Shown here: positions 50,564-60,833 of the stretch, piece by piece
Numbering within the stretch: the first letter of the stretch is position 1
Layout of the letters: each line of letters opens with the position of its first letter
NCBI GenBank assembly: GCA_965229675.1
Contig: OZ245897.1
Coordinates: 1,046,092-1,110,091, forward strand
From: Alphaproteobacteria bacterium
GTDB lineage: Bacteria; Pseudomonadota; Alphaproteobacteria; CBDDJK01
Direction: 5' to 3'
DNA length: 64,000 nucleotides
Notes under the pieces: generated by a model
Database searches by the model: none
The model's input: only the letters and a program-made list of their open reading frames with translations
Told to the model about the DNA's origin: nothing
Position numbers and translations under genes: made by a program

Positions 50564-51976
50564 ATGACAATCAAACTTTTAATGCCAGCCTTATCGCCAA
50601 CTATGACGGAAGGAACGCTTGCAAATTGGCTTGTGAAAGAAGGCGATTCCATCGAATCAGGACAGGTCATTGCTGAAATTGAAACCGATAAAGCGACCAT
50701 GGAAATTGAAACGGTCGATGAAGGAATCATTGGAAAAATCCTTATTGAAGCTGGAACAGAAAATGTTGCAGTGAATGAAGTGATTGCTTTGTTGCTGGAG
50801 GAAGGGGAGGATGCAACCGCCCTTGATAGCACCCTTGACACCGTGATGGTGCAATCTCCACAGCAATCTTCACAACAGGCAGAACCCAATAAAGAAGAAA
50901 ACACGCCAACACAGATTGCACCAACACAGATTGCAACAGAACCAAAAGCGGTTGAAGCTGAAACGCTTATTGAACCAGAATGGGACGGAGCTGTCACGAG
51001 CTTAACAGTGCGCGAAGCCCTACGCGATGCAATGGCAGAAGAAATGCGGCAAGATGAAGCCGTCTTTGTAATGGGGGAAGAGGTTGCAGAATATCAAGGT
51101 GCTTATAAAGTAACCCAAGGATTATTGGATGAATTTGGCGATAAGCGGGTGATTGATACCCCGATTACTGAACATGGATTCGCAGGTATTGGGGTTGGTG
51201 CTGCTTTTATGGGGTTAAAGCCAATCGTTGAATTTATGACCTTTAATTTCGCGATGCAAGCGATTGATCATATCATTAATTCTGCGGCAAAAACTTTATA
51301 TATGAGTGGTGGGCAGTTGGGTACGCCGATTGTTTTTCGTGGCCCTAATGGTGCGGCTTCACGTGTGGCGGCACAGCATTCACAATGCTATGCAAGCTGG
51401 TATGCGCATTGCCCTGGGCTTAAAGTTGTTTCGCCTTATTCAGCTGCTGATGCTAAAGGCCTACTTAAATCGGCAATTCGCGACCCTAATCCCGTGATTT
51501 TTCTTGAAAATGAATTATTATATGGACAAAGTTTTGATGTGCCTGATAGCGAAGATTGGACGGTTCCAATCGGCAAAGCAAAAATTGTTAGATCAGGAAG
51601 TGATGTTACAATCACCGCCTTTTCGATTATGGTGGGGCATGCGCTGGAAGCCGCCGAACAGTTAGCAGAACAAGGAGTATCTGCGGAGGTCATAGATTTA
51701 CGCACCTTGCGTCCATTGGATGAACAAACTATCATTGCATCGGTTAAAAAAACCAATCGCCTTGTTAGCTGTGAAGAAGGTTGGCCTTTTGCGGGTATTG
51801 GTTCAGAATTAGCAGCCTTGATGATGGAACAATGTTTTGATCATTTGGATGCGCCTGTGATCCGCGTGACTGGTAAGGATGTGCCTTTGCCCTATGCTGC
51901 TAATTTAGAAAAGCTAGCCCTGCCAAAGGCGGAAGATATTGTTAAAGCCGCTTTTCAGGTCTGTTACAAGGATTAG
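50564..51976 (+). CDS. pdhB: Pyruvate dehydrogenase E1 component beta subunit with an N-terminal lipoyl domain
   Basis: N-terminal lipoyl domain ([10 protein letters not shown]), then a Pro/Gln-rich linker, then the transketolase-like E1-beta core. This alphaproteobacterial PdhB architecture gives 470 aa. Confidence 0.9.
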   Translation: MTIKLLMPALSPTMTEGTLANWLVKEGDSIESGQVIAEIETDKATMEIETVDEGIIGKILIEAGTENVAVNEVIALLLEEGEDATALDSTLDTVMVQSPQQSSQQAEPNKEENTPTQIAPTQIATEPKAVEAETLIEPEWDGAVTSLTVREALRDAMAEEMRQDEAVFVMGEEVAEYQGAYKVTQGLLDEFGDKRVIDTPITEHGFAGIGVGAAFMGLKPIVEFMTFNFAMQAIDHIINSAAKTLYMSGGQLGTPIVFRGPNGAASRVAAQHSQCYASWYAHCPGLKVVSPYSAADAKGLLKSAIRDPNPVIFLENELLYGQSFDVPDSEDWTVPIGKAKIVRSGSDVTITAFSIMVGHALEAAEQLAEQGVSAEVIDLRTLRPLDEQTIIASVKKTNRLVSCEEGWPFAGIGSELAALMMEQCFDHLDAPVIRVTGKDVPLPYAANLEKLALPKAEDIVKAAFQVCYKD

Positions 51977-51991
51977 GAGGAGAGCAAGAAT

Positions 51992-53266
51992 ATGGCGCAG
52001 ATGATTTTGATGCCAGCCTTATCCCCGACTATGACCGAGGGGACATTGGCAAACTGGCTAGTTAAAGAGGGCGATCCTGTTGAATCAGGGCAAGTGATTG
52101 CCGAGATTGAAACCGATAAAGCAACCATGGAAGTTGAAGCGGTTGATGAAGGTGTGATTGCCAAAATCTTAATCGAAGCTGGTGCAGAAAATGTCGCTGT
52201 CAATAGCCCAATTGCGGTATTGGCAGAAGAAGGCGAGTCTGCTGAACAAGCAATTAATCAAGTTGGTGGTCAACAACAAACGCCACCACCACCATCGGCA
52301 GCAACGCCAACTCCTGTTCAACAATCTGCACCAGCTCCACAACAGACGCAGTTAAATTCGCCCGCCACAATCAATTCATCTTCAAGGGTTTTCGCAAGTC
52401 CGCTTGCAAAACGGCTTGCGGCTGAACAGGGGCTTGCGCTTGATAAAATTACAGGCACAGGGCCACATGGTCGTATTATCAAACGCGATATTGAACTCGC
52501 TATAGTTTCTGGTGGTGCCAAGCAAACGTCACAAACAACACAGGAAACAATCACAGTTGAGGCAGAAAGCACGTTAAAACCAATGAATAATATGCGTAAG
52601 ACAATTGCGCGGCGATTGGTTGAAGCGAAGCAAACCGTGCCACATTTTTACCTTTCGCGTGATGTATGTTTGGACGATTTATTAAAAGCGCGCCAACAAT
52701 TAAACGCCAAAGCTGAAATGAGTGATGATGGCAAACCTGCTTATAAGTTATCGGTAAATGATTTGATTATCAAGGCCTGTGCGCAAGCCCTGATCAAGGT
52801 TCCTGAAACAAATGCAACCTATGAAGATAATGCGGTGCGTTATTATCATCGTGCAGATATTTCAATTGCAGTTGCAACCGATGGCGGCTTAATCACGCCT
52901 GTGATCAGGGGCGCAGATGGTTTAGGGCTGATTGCAATTTCCAATCAGATGAAGGAACTTGCATCACGCGCACGAGCTGGAAAATTAATGCCAGAAGAAT
53001 ATCAAGGCGGTGCTTTCACGATCTCCAATCTTGGCATGTACGGCATTGAACAGTTTCAGGCAATTATTAACCCGCCGCAGGCTTCCATTCTTGCGGTTGG
53101 TGCGGGCATTCAAAAGCCCGTTGTCGTCAATGGCGAAATGGTGATAAGAACCATGATGACCTTAACCCTTTCGGTCGATCATCGCGTTGTTGATGGTGCG
53201 CTGGGTGCGCAATATCTTGAAGCACTCAGCGGCTTTATTGAACAACCCATTACCCTATTAGCTTAA
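51992..53266 (+). CDS. pdhC: Pyruvate dehydrogenase E2 (dihydrolipoamide acetyltransferase)
   Basis: Lipoyl domain, E3-binding domain ([33 protein letters not shown]) and a catalytic domain with DHRVVDG. Confidence 0.9.
   Translation: MAQMILMPALSPTMTEGTLANWLVKEGDPVESGQVIAEIETDKATMEVEAVDEGVIAKILIEAGAENVAVNSPIAVLAEEGESAEQAINQVGGQQQTPPPPSAATPTPVQQSAPAPQQTQLNSPATINSSSRVFASPLAKRLAAEQGLALDKITGTGPHGRIIKRDIELAIVSGGAKQTSQTTQETITVEAESTLKPMNNMRKTIARRLVEAKQTVPHFYLSRDVCLDDLLKARQQLNAKAEMSDDGKPAYKLSVNDLIIKACAQALIKVPETNATYEDNAVRYYHRADISIAVATDGGLITPVIRGADGLGLIAISNQMKELASRARAGKLMPEEYQGGAFTISNLGMYGIEQFQAIINPPQASILAVGAGIQKPVVVNGEMVIRTMMTLTLSVDHRVVDGALGAQYLEALSGFIEQPITLLA
52008..52221. repeat. Paralogous lipoyl-domain coding repeat; near-identical copy of 50577-50790
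   Basis: About 215 nt with roughly 80% nucleotide identity by eye. Both encode [23 protein letters not shown]...[12 protein letters not shown]... Confidence 0.7.
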
Positions 53267-53283
53267 TTTTAAAGGAAAAATAA

Positions 53284-53568
53284 ATGAATTTTGTTGCAAT
53301 CCTTCATGATAAATCCGAAGAAGGCACGATTGAAAAAAGGTTATCTGTGCGCGATGTGCATTTGGAAGGAATGGCGGCCTTAAGACAATCAGGAAATCTT
53401 TTGAAAGGTGGGCCAATCTTAAATGATGATGGGGCAATGGTTGGGTCTTTTCTTTTGACTGAATTTGATACGCAAGAACAGCTTGAGGCCATTATCAAGC
53501 AAGATATCTATTATCGTGAGGATGTTTGGGATCATTACGAGATTTACCCCGTTAAATTACCTGTTTAA
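53284..53568 (+). CDS. YciI-like protein
   Basis: 94 aa. The pattern FVAILHDK...HLEGMAALRQSGNLLKGGPILNDDGAMVGSFLL is typical of the YCII-related domain. Confidence 0.55.
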   Translation: MNFVAILHDKSEEGTIEKRLSVRDVHLEGMAALRQSGNLLKGGPILNDDGAMVGSFLLTEFDTQEQLEAIIKQDIYYREDVWDHYEIYPVKLPV

Positions 53569-53636
53569 TTTATTTCGATTCACCTATAGACATTTTTGAA
53601 ATACTTCCTATCTCTATCATCGGAGAATGAAAACTA

Positions 53637-54275
53637 ATGAGTCAAAAAAAGAAAAAATCACCTAAAAAAGAAACCGCAGAGAATTTTGATTATGCTTTGC
53701 CACAAGACGACATTATTCACACAGAATCTTTTGATTTAAAGGGAGAGGACACACAAATAAGCGAAGAAGAAGCGCAAGCCATTGATCCAAATACACAAAT
53801 TGTTGAACTCCAAACAGAAATTGATTCATTAAATCAGCAGCTTGAAGAACAAAAAGATCGTATGTTACGCCTTGCTGCAGAAGCTGAAAATATTAAACGC
53901 CGTGCCGATAAGGAAAAAGCGGATAGCCAGAAATATGCAATTTCTAACTTTGCAAAGGATATGGTGGAGGTTGCTGATAACCTCACCCGCGCATTAAGTG
54001 CTATTCCTGAAGGCGAGCTTGCAAGTGATAACCCTTTAAAATCCGTGATTGAAGGGGTTGAAATGACCAACAATCAATTACAAGAATGTTTTGCACGGGT
54101 TGAAATTAAAAAAGTTTCAGGGGTTGGTAGTAAATTTTCCTATGATGAACATCAAGCCGTTTCGCATGTCGAACATGCCGATCATGAATCAGGCACGATC
54201 ATTGAAGTCTTTCAAGAAGGTTATAAAATTCACGACCGCCTACTCCGCCCCGCCATGGTTGTTGTTGCAAAATAA
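53637..54275 (+). CDS. grpE: Nucleotide exchange factor GrpE
   Basis: A coiled-coil N-terminus, then the GrpE core (LRLAAEAENIKRRADKE...) and a C-terminal beta domain. 212 aa. Confidence 0.85.
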   Translation: MSQKKKKSPKKETAENFDYALPQDDIIHTESFDLKGEDTQISEEEAQAIDPNTQIVELQTEIDSLNQQLEEQKDRMLRLAAEAENIKRRADKEKADSQKYAISNFAKDMVEVADNLTRALSAIPEGELASDNPLKSVIEGVEMTNNQLQECFARVEIKKVSGVGSKFSYDEHQAVSHVEHADHESGTIIEVFQEGYKIHDRLLRPAMVVVAK

Positions 54276-54399
54276 ACCAGTTGCCTCATAATCAAATTAG
54301 TATTTGTTTAATATCTTATAAAATCCATTTTAAAAAACTGTGCTTGGTGGTATAGAACCTATGATCAGTTTAAGTTAATAAAATAAATATGGATTTTTT

Positions 54400-57015
54400 A
54401 TGGGCAAGCATGTTGTCATTGTTGAATCTCCTTCCAAGGCGAAAACGATTAATAAATATCTGGGTGCAGAATATGAGGTGATTGCATCTTTCGGACATGT
54501 GCGTGATCTTCCTTCCAAGGATGGTTCGGTTTTGCCAGATCAAGATTTTTCCATGAAATGGGAGGTTGATGGGCGTGGAAAAAAGCAGCTTGATTTAATC
54601 GCGAAGGCTTGCAAAACCGCCGATGAGCTTTATCTTGCAACTGACCCTGATCGGGAAGGGGAGGCGATTTCGTGGCATATTTATGATGAGCTTTCCCAGC
54701 GTAAGCTAACCAATGATCTGCCAGTTCATCGCGTGGTTTTTCATGAAATTACCAAAGGTGCGGTCAAACGTGCTTTTACCCAACCGCGTGTGCTTGATCA
54801 GGCATTGATTGATGCCTATCTTGCAAGGCGCGCCCTTGATTATCTGGTTGGATTTAATTTATCGCCAATTTTATGGCGGAAGCTTCCTGGCGCACGTTCA
54901 GCAGGGCGGGTACAATCGGTTGCCTTGCGCCTAATCTGCGAACGCGAATCGGAAATTGAAGCATTTAAATCACAAGAATATTGGACGGTATTAGCCGATC
55001 TTACCAATCAAGAAGGAACGCCTTATCAAGCAAGCCTAACCTATCTTAATGGTAAAAAGCTGGATAAATTTTCGCTTAAAACGGAAGCCATGGCAATGGA
55101 GGCGATGGAACAAGTTAAGGTCGCTGAGCTATTGATCAAGCAGGTAGAGAAAAAAGAAACATCGCGCAATCCAGCACCGCCATTTACGACTTCGACTTTA
55201 CAGCAAGAAGCCAGTCGAAAATGTTATTTTTCAGCATCGCGTACTATGCAATTAGCACAAAAACTCTATGAAGGGTTCGAAATTGGTGGGGAAACAGTTG
55301 GGTTGATTACTTATATGCGTACTGATAGCGTGCAGATGAGCAATGATGCAATAGCGGAAGCACGCACCTATATTCACTCCATCTATGGGGATGCTTATTT
55401 GCCCGAACAAGCGCGCCGATATAAAAGCAAGGCACGCAACGCACAAGAAGCGCATGAGGCAATCCGTCCCGTCGATTTATCAAAAACACCTGATAGCCTT
55501 AGCAGAATCCTTGATAGCGATTTGTTAAAACTCTACACTTTGATTTTTCAGCGTACTTTGGCAAGCCAGATGGCTTCCGCAAAATTCGATCAGGTAATTG
55601 CAATTCTTGAAGGTGGCTCGGTTGGGTTACGTGCAAGCGGACAAAGTCTTAAATTTGATGGGTTTTTAAAACTTTATCAGGAAGATCAGGATGAAAAAGA
55701 AGATAAAGATGATGAAGACGGCGCAAAAGCAATCTTGCCACCATTGAAAGAAGGGGAACCTGCAACCCTTAAAAAAGCAACGCCAAATCAGCATTTTACA
55801 CAGCCTCCCCCCCGCTTTAGTGAAGCCTCTTTGGTTAAAAAACTTGAAGAACTTGGGATTGGTCGTCCTTCAACTTACGCCTCAATCCTAAAATTATTAC
55901 AAGATCGTGATTATGTTACGCTGGATAAGCGGCGATTTATTCCTGAAGAGCGCGGGCGGCTTGTCACCGCCTTTTTAACTGGCTTTTTTGGCGATTATGT
56001 TGATTATGAATTTACAGCACAGATGGAAACGGATTTAGATCGCGTATCTAATGGTGAATTAGAATGGCGGCAGTTAATGTTTTCTTTCTGGCAAGCGTTT
56101 ATCGAGCGGGTTAATCATTCCACCACACTGAATTTTGAACAGGTGCGCGAAGTATTGGATGATGCGCTAGGTGCGCTTTATTTTCCAAAAGATGAAGCAG
56201 GCAGTGATAAAATCGCCAGAACTTGCCCTGCTTGTAAAGATGGGCGTTTATCATTAAATTATGGAAAATATGGTATTTATATTACCTGCTCAAACTATCC
56301 TGATTGTATTTATAAGCGTTCCAAGCCCGTTAATCTGGGTGAAGATGGCGATACAGATCATTTAACCGAATATCCAATTCATCTTGGGGAAGATCCAATT
56401 ACGGCGGCTGCAATCTCTTTACGTGAAGGGCCTTATGGCTTATATATCCAGCGTGAAATTATTTCAGAGCAAAAAACCAAGAAATCTACAAAAGACAAGC
56501 CGCAACGGGCTAGCCTGCCAAAATTCCTTAATCCGCATCAAATTAATTTGGAAATTGCCTTGCAGTTGCTAGCTTTGCCGCGCGATATTGGTGCGCACCC
56601 TGATACAGGGGAAATGATTCAAGTTGGGTTGGGTCGCTATGGGCCTTATTTAAAGCATCAGGGGAAGTTTACCTCCCTTCCTGATCCTGAAGAATTATTA
56701 TCAATCGGCCTTAATCGTGCGGTGATTGTGCTGGCTGAGGGCGGTGGCAAGGGAGCTGGAAGGGGAGGGGCTAAACAAGCAACCCCTGCCATTCAAATTG
56801 GTGAACACCCGCTTGGTGGCATGATCGGGCGCGGAAGTGGACGATTTGGCCCTTATGTTAAATGGGGTAAATTATATGCCAGCATTCCAAAATCAATTGA
56901 TCCTGAAGCGATTTCTCTTGATGAAGCGGTCGAACTTGTGAATGCAAAAGCTGAACGTTCAGCAGGTTCATCAAAGAAGAAACCTCCTGCAAAGAAGCGA
57001 AAACGCGCATCGTAA
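54400..57015 (+). CDS. topA: DNA topoisomerase I (type IA)
   Basis: Toprim N-terminus VIVESPSKAKTI, the active-site Tyr region YITYMRTDS, a C-terminal Zn-ribbon CPACKDG...C..C and a Lys-rich tail. 871 aa. Confidence 0.9.
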   Translation: MGKHVVIVESPSKAKTINKYLGAEYEVIASFGHVRDLPSKDGSVLPDQDFSMKWEVDGRGKKQLDLIAKACKTADELYLATDPDREGEAISWHIYDELSQRKLTNDLPVHRVVFHEITKGAVKRAFTQPRVLDQALIDAYLARRALDYLVGFNLSPILWRKLPGARSAGRVQSVALRLICERESEIEAFKSQEYWTVLADLTNQEGTPYQASLTYLNGKKLDKFSLKTEAMAMEAMEQVKVAELLIKQVEKKETSRNPAPPFTTSTLQQEASRKCYFSASRTMQLAQKLYEGFEIGGETVGLITYMRTDSVQMSNDAIAEARTYIHSIYGDAYLPEQARRYKSKARNAQEAHEAIRPVDLSKTPDSLSRILDSDLLKLYTLIFQRTLASQMASAKFDQVIAILEGGSVGLRASGQSLKFDGFLKLYQEDQDEKEDKDDEDGAKAILPPLKEGEPATLKKATPNQHFTQPPPRFSEASLVKKLEELGIGRPSTYASILKLLQDRDYVTLDKRRFIPEERGRLVTAFLTGFFGDYVDYEFTAQMETDLDRVSNGELEWRQLMFSFWQAFIERVNHSTTLNFEQVREVLDDALGALYFPKDEAGSDKIARTCPACKDGRLSLNYGKYGIYITCSNYPDCIYKRSKPVNLGEDGDTDHLTEYPIHLGEDPITAAAISLREGPYGLYIQREIISEQKTKKSTKDKPQRASLPKFLNPHQINLEIALQLLALPRDIGAHPDTGEMIQVGLGRYGPYLKHQGKFTSLPDPEELLSIGLNRAVIVLAEGGGKGAGRGGAKQATPAIQIGEHPLGGMIGRGSGRFGPYVKWGKLYASIPKSIDPEAISLDEAVELVNAKAERSAGSSKKKPPAKKRKRAS

Positions 57016-57029
57016 TTTAAGGAAGACCA

Positions 57030-58004
57030 TTGGCAGATACGTCATTTACCCCTCCTCATCCAAACTGGCGATTTCGTCATGAAGATTTATTGGCGATTGA
57101 GGGGTTGGATAGCCATGATCTAACCCCAATACTGGATATTGCACAATATTATGCTGATTTACCCAAAAATTGCTCCGACACCTCAACGCTTTTAAAAGGT
57201 TTTGAAGTCGTTAATCTATTTTTTGAAAATTCAACACGTACCCGAACTAGTTTTGAAACAGCGGCGATTCGTCTTGGGGCGAATGTGATTAATATTGTTG
57301 CGCAAGCCTCCTCCATCAAAAAGGGGGAAACTTTGATTGATACCGCCGTTACACTGAATGCTATGTCGCCCGATCTATTGGTGGTACGTCATCAAGAGGC
57401 AGGAGCCGTTACCCTGCTTGCACAAAAAATTTCTGCCGCCGTTATCAATGCGGGGGATGGTGCGCATGAACATCCAACACAAGCCTTGCTTGATGCGTTG
57501 ACGATCCGCCAGCATTGCGGCAAGCTTCATGGGTTACGGGTGGCGATTTGTGGCGATATTGCGCATAGCCGTGTGTGTCGTTCCAATTTGCATTTATTAT
57601 CGGCAATGGGGGCAGAAGTGCGTCTAATCGCACCGCCAACCCTTATGCCACCAGCCATTTCTGATTTGGGGGCTAATTGCTTTACTGATATGAAAAAAGG
57701 GCTGGAGGGGTGTGATATTGTCATGATGCTACGCCTGCAACAAGAGCGGATGCAGGGAAGCTATGTTCCCTCCATTCGTGAATATTTTGAATTTTACGGT
57801 TTGGATCATGATAAATTGCAGGCCGCAAAACCGCATGCTTTGATTATGCATCCAGGACCAATGAATCGCGGTGTAGAGATTGATACCGATCTTGCTGATC
57901 ATAGCGAACGTTCGCTAATCAACCAACAAGTAAAAATGGGGGTGGCGGTTCGTATGGCTTTACTTGATATCTTAACGCGGCCACAACGTATGCAAGCTGC
58001 TTAA
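57030..58004 (+). CDS. pyrB: Aspartate carbamoyltransferase catalytic subunit
   Basis: Carbamoyl-phosphate binding motif STRTR and the aspartate-binding HPGP... region. 324 aa. Confidence 0.9.
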   Translation: MADTSFTPPHPNWRFRHEDLLAIEGLDSHDLTPILDIAQYYADLPKNCSDTSTLLKGFEVVNLFFENSTRTRTSFETAAIRLGANVINIVAQASSIKKGETLIDTAVTLNAMSPDLLVVRHQEAGAVTLLAQKISAAVINAGDGAHEHPTQALLDALTIRQHCGKLHGLRVAICGDIAHSRVCRSNLHLLSAMGAEVRLIAPPTLMPPAISDLGANCFTDMKKGLEGCDIVMMLRLQQERMQGSYVPSIREYFEFYGLDHDKLQAAKPHALIMHPGPMNRGVEIDTDLADHSERSLINQQVKMGVAVRMALLDILTRPQRMQAA

Positions 58005-58022
58005 TATGAATAAGGATTACTG

Positions 58023-59318
58023 ATGCGCACCATCCTGTTTAATGCCAAAATTTTACATGCTGATCATGAAGAACCACAGCAAGGTGGTTTGTTGATTGAT
58101 GGAAACCGAATTATTGAAATTAGCCCTAAACTGGCTGATAGGGCGGCTGCCCCCTCCGCCCGCAAGGCGATTGATTGCAAAGGGCATACTATTATTCCAG
58201 GCTTGATTGATGGGCGCGTTCATTGCCGTGAACCTGGTGAAGAACATAAAGAAACCATTGCAACGGCAGCGGCAGCAGCCTTAAAATCAGGGATCACAAC
58301 CCTTATTCAACGCCCTGACACCCGCCCGCCCATTGATAATGTCGCGATGATTGAACGAATTAAGACTTTAGGCGAAGCACATGGTACGCGTTTCCATCCG
58401 ATTGGTGCAATTAGTAAAGCCCTTAATGGGCAGGATTTATGCGAAATTGGTCTTATGAAACAAGCAGGTGCGCTTGCTTTTGGCGATGGGGAAAGCCCAA
58501 TAAAATTAGCAAAATTATTACGCCGCGCCCTTGCCTATGGTAAAGCCCATGATGCGCTGATCCTTGATTTACCGCAAACGGCTGATTTGGTTGAAGGCGG
58601 GGTGATGAATGCAGGGGTAACTGCCACGCGGATGGGGCTTTCTGGTATTCCAGCGATTGCTGAAGTCATCCAAGTTGAACGCAATCTGCGCATTCTTGAA
58701 TCAGTTGCAGGCGCAAAGCTACATTTATCGCTTATTACAACAAAAGCAGCGATTAAAGCAATCAGGCAGGCAAAACAACAAGGGCTGGATGTTACCTGCG
58801 ATACTGCACCGCCTTATTTTATGATGAATGAGATGGATATTGGTACCTATCGTACTTTTGCCAAAATTTTTCCGCCTTTGCGTGATGAAACTGATCGTAA
58901 GGCGGTGCGTGAGGGGTTGTGTGATGGCACAATTGATATGGTGGTCAGCGATCATAACCCACAAGACCAAGAATCGAAACGCATTCCTTTTGGGCAGGCC
59001 GAATTTGGTTCAGTTGGGCTGGAAACCCTGCTTCCTGCCTTGCTATCCTTTTATCATTCAGGCGAAATGTCCTTAAAACAAGCAGTCAATCTAGCAACCC
59101 AAGCCCCCGCCAAACGCTATGGTCTTCAATCAGGGAATTTGCAAAAAGGCACTTATGCCGACCTAACCTTAATTAACCCCGATTATAGTTGGAAAGTAAA
59201 GGATAAAGATTTGATTAGTAAATCGAAAAACACAGTTTTTGAAGGCGTCACGGTTCAAGGCAAGGTTTTATTCACAATGATTGATGGCAATATTTTATAC
59301 CAATCTCATGATTTTTGA
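58023..59318 (+). CDS. Dihydroorotase-like amidohydrolase (PyrC or non-catalytic PyrC' partner of ATCase)
   Basis: 431 aa with a class I DHOase fold. The canonical N-terminal HxH metal motif is altered to RVHC (DGRVHCREPG), while DHNP is retained. Confidence 0.65.
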   Translation: MRTILFNAKILHADHEEPQQGGLLIDGNRIIEISPKLADRAAAPSARKAIDCKGHTIIPGLIDGRVHCREPGEEHKETIATAAAAALKSGITTLIQRPDTRPPIDNVAMIERIKTLGEAHGTRFHPIGAISKALNGQDLCEIGLMKQAGALAFGDGESPIKLAKLLRRALAYGKAHDALILDLPQTADLVEGGVMNAGVTATRMGLSGIPAIAEVIQVERNLRILESVAGAKLHLSLITTKAAIKAIRQAKQQGLDVTCDTAPPYFMMNEMDIGTYRTFAKIFPPLRDETDRKAVREGLCDGTIDMVVSDHNPQDQESKRIPFGQAEFGSVGLETLLPALLSFYHSGEMSLKQAVNLATQAPAKRYGLQSGNLQKGTYADLTLINPDYSWKVKDKDLISKSKNTVFEGVTVQGKVLFTMIDGNILYQSHDF

Positions 59319-59456
59319 TATAGTAAATTAGTGTTTTGAATAACTTGTTTTGCTATTTTAAGATGAGAAAATAGAGCCGTTACAATAATTAAAATGCAAT
59401 ATCCAACCAGAAAATAAATATTGTCAATCATTCTAATCAAGTTTAGATAAGCCCGC

Positions 59457-60833
59457 ATGTATTATAAAAATAAAATTATTATTCAACTTTTTTCTATTTT
59501 ACTGGGTATAGTGACGGCTTCATTTATACTATTCCCTGAAAGACTGTCTTTTATAACAATCAGCTTTAATGGGTTTTTACTAGCAATTATATTTTCAATT
59601 CATTTGGTCTTCCATGGAGGAAGAAGAACGAGTTTTGGAATTTTTCATCGGCTAAATCATATTTTTAAAATACGTTTAGCATTGTTTCCGTTAATATGTT
59701 TTTTTGCTCCTTATTTGTTTGTTGTTTTGGGTGTACATGTCTTTTTATTAGACAATCTTGAACAAATACATCAGTATTTTATTCAAAAATTTCCTTTCGT
59801 TAGAAATTTAATTTCAGGAGGGGTTATTGCTTACTTATGCGGTTATTATCTTCGGTTCACGAAAACCTTAAATATTTTCCTGTGTATTGTTTGTGTAACG
59901 ATATTTATTATATCAATCGTTGATTTAACTCACTTGTTTTTAATTGAGCCTACATGGCTTGTTACCTATATCAATGATTTTAAACTAGCTTATACTTGGG
60001 CAAGCTATGCTCAGCCCATAATTTATGGAATCGCATTAATAATAGCAGGAATAGGATTGCTCTATTTTTATTATATGATTATAAATACCAATTATAATTT
60101 TAAACGTTTAAAGAAAAGTTTATTGTTAATCGTTATTTTTATGTTCCTGATTATATCAATAAATTCTATAATCTTGGGATCAAGGTCAATATGGTTAGGG
60201 TTTATTATCGCTATTTTTACGTTTTTCTTAGTGAATAAAAAATATGGCCATGCAGTATTTGTATCTCTTTTTTATGGAATTTTATTTTTAATTGTAACGA
60301 ATTTTTTCGACTTAAGCTTAGCAAATATATATAGCGATTCACAATTACTAAAAATGCATAATAATAACCCGCTTTCTGATTCAGGTATAGAAAAATTTTT
60401 TACAGATTTGTTAAACGAGCGGTTTATATTTATAATGAGTGGGTTGAATATGTGGCTAAACAACCCTTTTTTTGGAGTTGGCATTGAAAATTTTTCAATT
60501 TATTCAAGGGATTATACGCCTAATGCTATGTTAGATAAATTAGTAATTGACGAATTATATTGGCAACCACACAATATGTTCGTTAAATTATTGGCTGAAA
60601 GTGGTATCATAGGATTTGGTGGATTTATTTTAATGTTAGGATGGATTATTATCCAATCTTTCAAACAATATTGTTTCGGCAATCAAAAGCAACGCGCACG
60701 AATAGCCGTTGGAATCGCAACTCTTTTGCCCTTATTTTCAATAGCCATGTTACATGATGTTCATGACGAAAGAATATGGTGGTGTGCTCTTGGATTATTG
60801 CTGGCTTCAACAAACGGTTCATACAAAACATGA
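59457..60833 (+). CDS. O-antigen ligase / Wzy-like polymerase family membrane protein
   Basis: More than 10 TM helices and a Wzy_C-like periplasmic loop (YWQPHNMFVKLLAESGIIGFGGFIL). Very AT-rich codon usage. Confidence 0.5.
   Translation: MYYKNKIIIQLFSILLGIVTASFILFPERLSFITISFNGFLLAIIFSIHLVFHGGRRTSFGIFHRLNHIFKIRLALFPLICFFAPYLFVVLGVHVFLLDNLEQIHQYFIQKFPFVRNLISGGVIAYLCGYYLRFTKTLNIFLCIVCVTIFIISIVDLTHLFLIEPTWLVTYINDFKLAYTWASYAQPIIYGIALIIAGIGLLYFYYMIINTNYNFKRLKKSLLLIVIFMFLIISINSIILGSRSIWLGFIIAIFTFFLVNKKYGHAVFVSLFYGILFLIVTNFFDLSLANIYSDSQLLKMHNNNPLSDSGIEKFFTDLLNERFIFIMSGLNMWLNNPFFGVGIENFSIYSRDYTPNAMLDKLVIDELYWQPHNMFVKLLAESGIIGFGGFILMLGWIIIQSFKQYCFGNQKQRARIAVGIATLLPLFSIAMLHDVHDERIWWCALGLLLASTNGSYKT

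Noticed and set aside
50437-50997. 186-aa Ser/Cys-rich ORF on the minus strand spanning the pdhA-pdhB junction, with a similar one at 51973-52203
   Set aside because: These lie antisense to strongly supported pdhA/pdhB/pdhC genes. The low-complexity Ser-rich translation is a typical artefact of reading the opposite strand of Glu/Asp/Ala-rich lipoyl-linker coding DNA.
53569-53636. Possible sigma-32 heat-shock promoter or CIRCE element upstream of grpE
   Set aside because: There is a TTGAAA hexamer, but the spacing to any CCCCAT/CTATNT-like -10 is wrong. There is also no TTAGCACTC-N9-GAGTGCTAA inverted repeat, so this cannot be supported from the sequence.
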